DNA of 64,000 bases, taken from NCBI GenBank assembly GCA_016699615.1, contig CP064984.1:2488721-2552720 (forward strand), given 5' to 3'. The stretch comes from Sphingobacteriales bacterium (lineage in GTDB: Bacteria > Bacteroidota > Bacteroidia > Chitinophagales > JADIYW01). Below are positions 62,304 to 64,000 of the stretch, one piece after another. Below the pieces are notes generated by a model. The model saw only the letters and a list, made by a program, of their open reading frames with translations. It had not been told where the DNA came from and did no database searches. The position numbers and the translations under genes are program-made. Numbering within the stretch: position 1 is the first letter of the stretch; every line of letters begins with the position of its first letter.

Positions 62304-63749
62304 TTATAAACTTATTTCTATTCTTTTCTTTAGTTCTTCAACTGCTTCTTTAAATTCCTCATCAGTATCGATTTGGTTTCTTACTGCTTGGCAAGAGTGA
62401 ATAACAGTGCTATGGTCTCTACCACCAAATTGTTGTCCTATACTTTTTAATGATGCTTTTGTAAATTCTTTAGCAAAAAACATAGATAATTGTCTTGCTT
62501 GTACATATTGACGTTTTCTAGTAGGTTCTTTAAGTTTTTCTACTGGTACTTCAAAATAATCGCAAACAGTTTTTTGTATCATGTCTAATGAAATTTCTTT
62601 AGTTGCATGTTTTACAAAATTCATTACTGTGCGTTTAGCTAAGTCTATATTTATTTCTTGTTTGTTTAATGTTGCTTGTGCTAGTATGGTAGTTAATGCA
62701 CCTTCCAGTTCTCTGATATTTGATTTGATATTTGTTGCAATAAATCTAATTACATCATCATTCATTTCAATACCATCTGCATGGATTTTTTTCTTTAAGA
62801 TTGAAATTCTTGTTTCAAAATCTGGTGTTTGTAAGTCTGTTGTTAAACCCCATTTGAATCTTGAAAGCAACCTTTCTTCCATGCCTTCTAAATCTTTTGG
62901 AGCTTTGTCTGATGTAAGTATAAGTTGTTTGCCACTTTGGTGTAAGTGATTGAAAATATGGAAAAAGATATCTTGAGTTTTTGCCTTATTTCCAAAGAAT
63001 TGAATGTCATCAATAATTAATACATCTATTTGTTGATAGAAATGTATAAAATCATTTGTGCTGTTGTCTTTTAAAGCACTTAAAAATTGGCTAGTAAATT
63101 TTTCTGAACCTACATACAATACGGTTTTGCCTGGTGTATGTGTTTTTATATAATTTCCTATTGCTTGAGCTAAGTGAGTTTTTCCAAGACCAACTCCACC
63201 ATGAATTACTAATGGATTAAATGCTGTGCCACCTGGAGATTTTGCAACTGCTTTTCCTGCGTTTCTTGCAAATTTATTACAGTCACCTTCAATATAAGTT
63301 TCAAAAGAATAGTTTGTATTTAATTGTGAGTCTACGTGTATTTTTTTAAGACCTGGAATTACAAATGGATTTTTTACCATTGGAGTAGAAAGCATAGTTG
63401 GTAATGAAACTTCATTTACACCATAGATTCCTTCTCTGTTATTTGGTAAGTCTATTGTTTTAGGATTGTCGTTGTTAGCATTTTTAGATTCCATTAAAAC
63501 TCTATACTCTAACTGTGCGTTTTCACCTAATTCTCTTTTTATTGTTTTTCTGAGTAATGATACATAATGCTCTTCAATCCATTCATAAAAAAATTGACTT
63601 GGTACTTGAATTGTTAAAACATCATTTTCAATCTTAATTGGTTTAATAGGCTCAAACCAAGTTTTAAAACTTTGTTGATTTATGTTGTCTTTAATAATCT
63701 TGAGGCAATTCTCCCACACAAGTTCATGCTTGCTATTCATATTTTGCAA
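62304..63749 (-). CDS. dnaA: chromosomal replication initiator protein DnaA
   Basis: AAA+ Walker A GGVGLGKTHL, DDIQF, and C-terminal DNA-binding domain ..GGRDHSTVIHS.. Confidence 0.97.
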   Translation of the reverse strand: MQNMNSKHELVWENCLKIIKDNINQQSFKTWFEPIKPIKIENDVLTIQVPSQFFYEWIEEHYVSLLRKTIKRELGENAQLEYRVLMESKNANNDNPKTIDLPNNREGIYGVNEVSLPTMLSTPMVKNPFVIPGLKKIHVDSQLNTNYSFETYIEGDCNKFARNAGKAVAKSPGGTAFNPLVIHGGVGLGKTHLAQAIGNYIKTHTPGKTVLYVGSEKFTSQFLSALKDNSTNDFIHFYQQIDVLIIDDIQFFGNKAKTQDIFFHIFNHLHQSGKQLILTSDKAPKDLEGMEERLLSRFKWGLTTDLQTPDFETRISILKKKIHADGIEMNDDVIRFIATNIKSNIRELEGALTTILAQATLNKQEINIDLAKRTVMNFVKHATKEISLDMIQKTVCDYFEVPVEKLKEPTRKRQYVQARQLSMFFAKEFTKASLKSIGQQFGGRDHSTVIHSCQAVRNQIDTDEEFKEAVEELKKRIEISL

Positions 63750-64000
63750 AAGTTTTTAAGATTTGTTGATAATTATTTTGCTAATATGGAAAACTTTTTT
63801 GTAAAAAAAAAATTATTTCTAGCTTGCATTTCTGCCAATAATTACAATATGACTTTTAGAACTTATTTTTTTTGTTTTTTTCTCAAATTTAATATCAATT
63901 TTTCCTAAGTATAGTCCAGCCCAACCAACTTGATTGATTAAAACATCTTTTTGCGTTTTGTTTTTTATTGTTTTTGCTTCATCCAAAAAAGTGTGTGAGT

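Overview
AT-rich chromosomal segment of a Bacteroidota bacterium. The phylum call rests on T9SS C-terminal sorting domains, a PorP/SprF gene, CHU_C-type gliding adhesins, DUF5683 and TAnnTTTG -7 boxes. The window ends at dnaA. Most of it is ordinary housekeeping: ahcY, ferritin, fadB-fadA beta-oxidation, dapB, parA-parB, lipB, phosphoglucomutase, pcm, rsmD, coaD, ilvC, rluD, pyrC, trpB and dnaA, plus two giant repeat-rich T9SS adhesins. Two accessory insertions stand out. (1) 4209-9197 is a very AT-rich, same-strand three-gene cassette: a calcineurin-like metallophosphoesterase with a Cys-cluster insert, a 138-aa orphan and a 956-aa orphan. It sits between a DUF808 gene and the fad operon, and it is my best candidate for an undescribed, defense-like system. 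(2) 44490-50553 is a cassette-like accessory region holding a PD-(D/E)xK plus Zn-ribbon protein, an orphan cytochrome P450, a UvrD-like helicase with a C-terminal HTH, and a PIN/antitoxin pair. These genes are separated by several families of intergenic repeats; no integrase or transposase is visible. Caveat: at least 15 genes have broken reading frames. Most breaks restore when one base is added to an A/T homopolymer, so they look like sequencing or assembly errors rather than real pseudogenes. No rRNA, tRNA or CRISPR array was recognised. All family calls are by eye from motifs; nothing was searched against a database.
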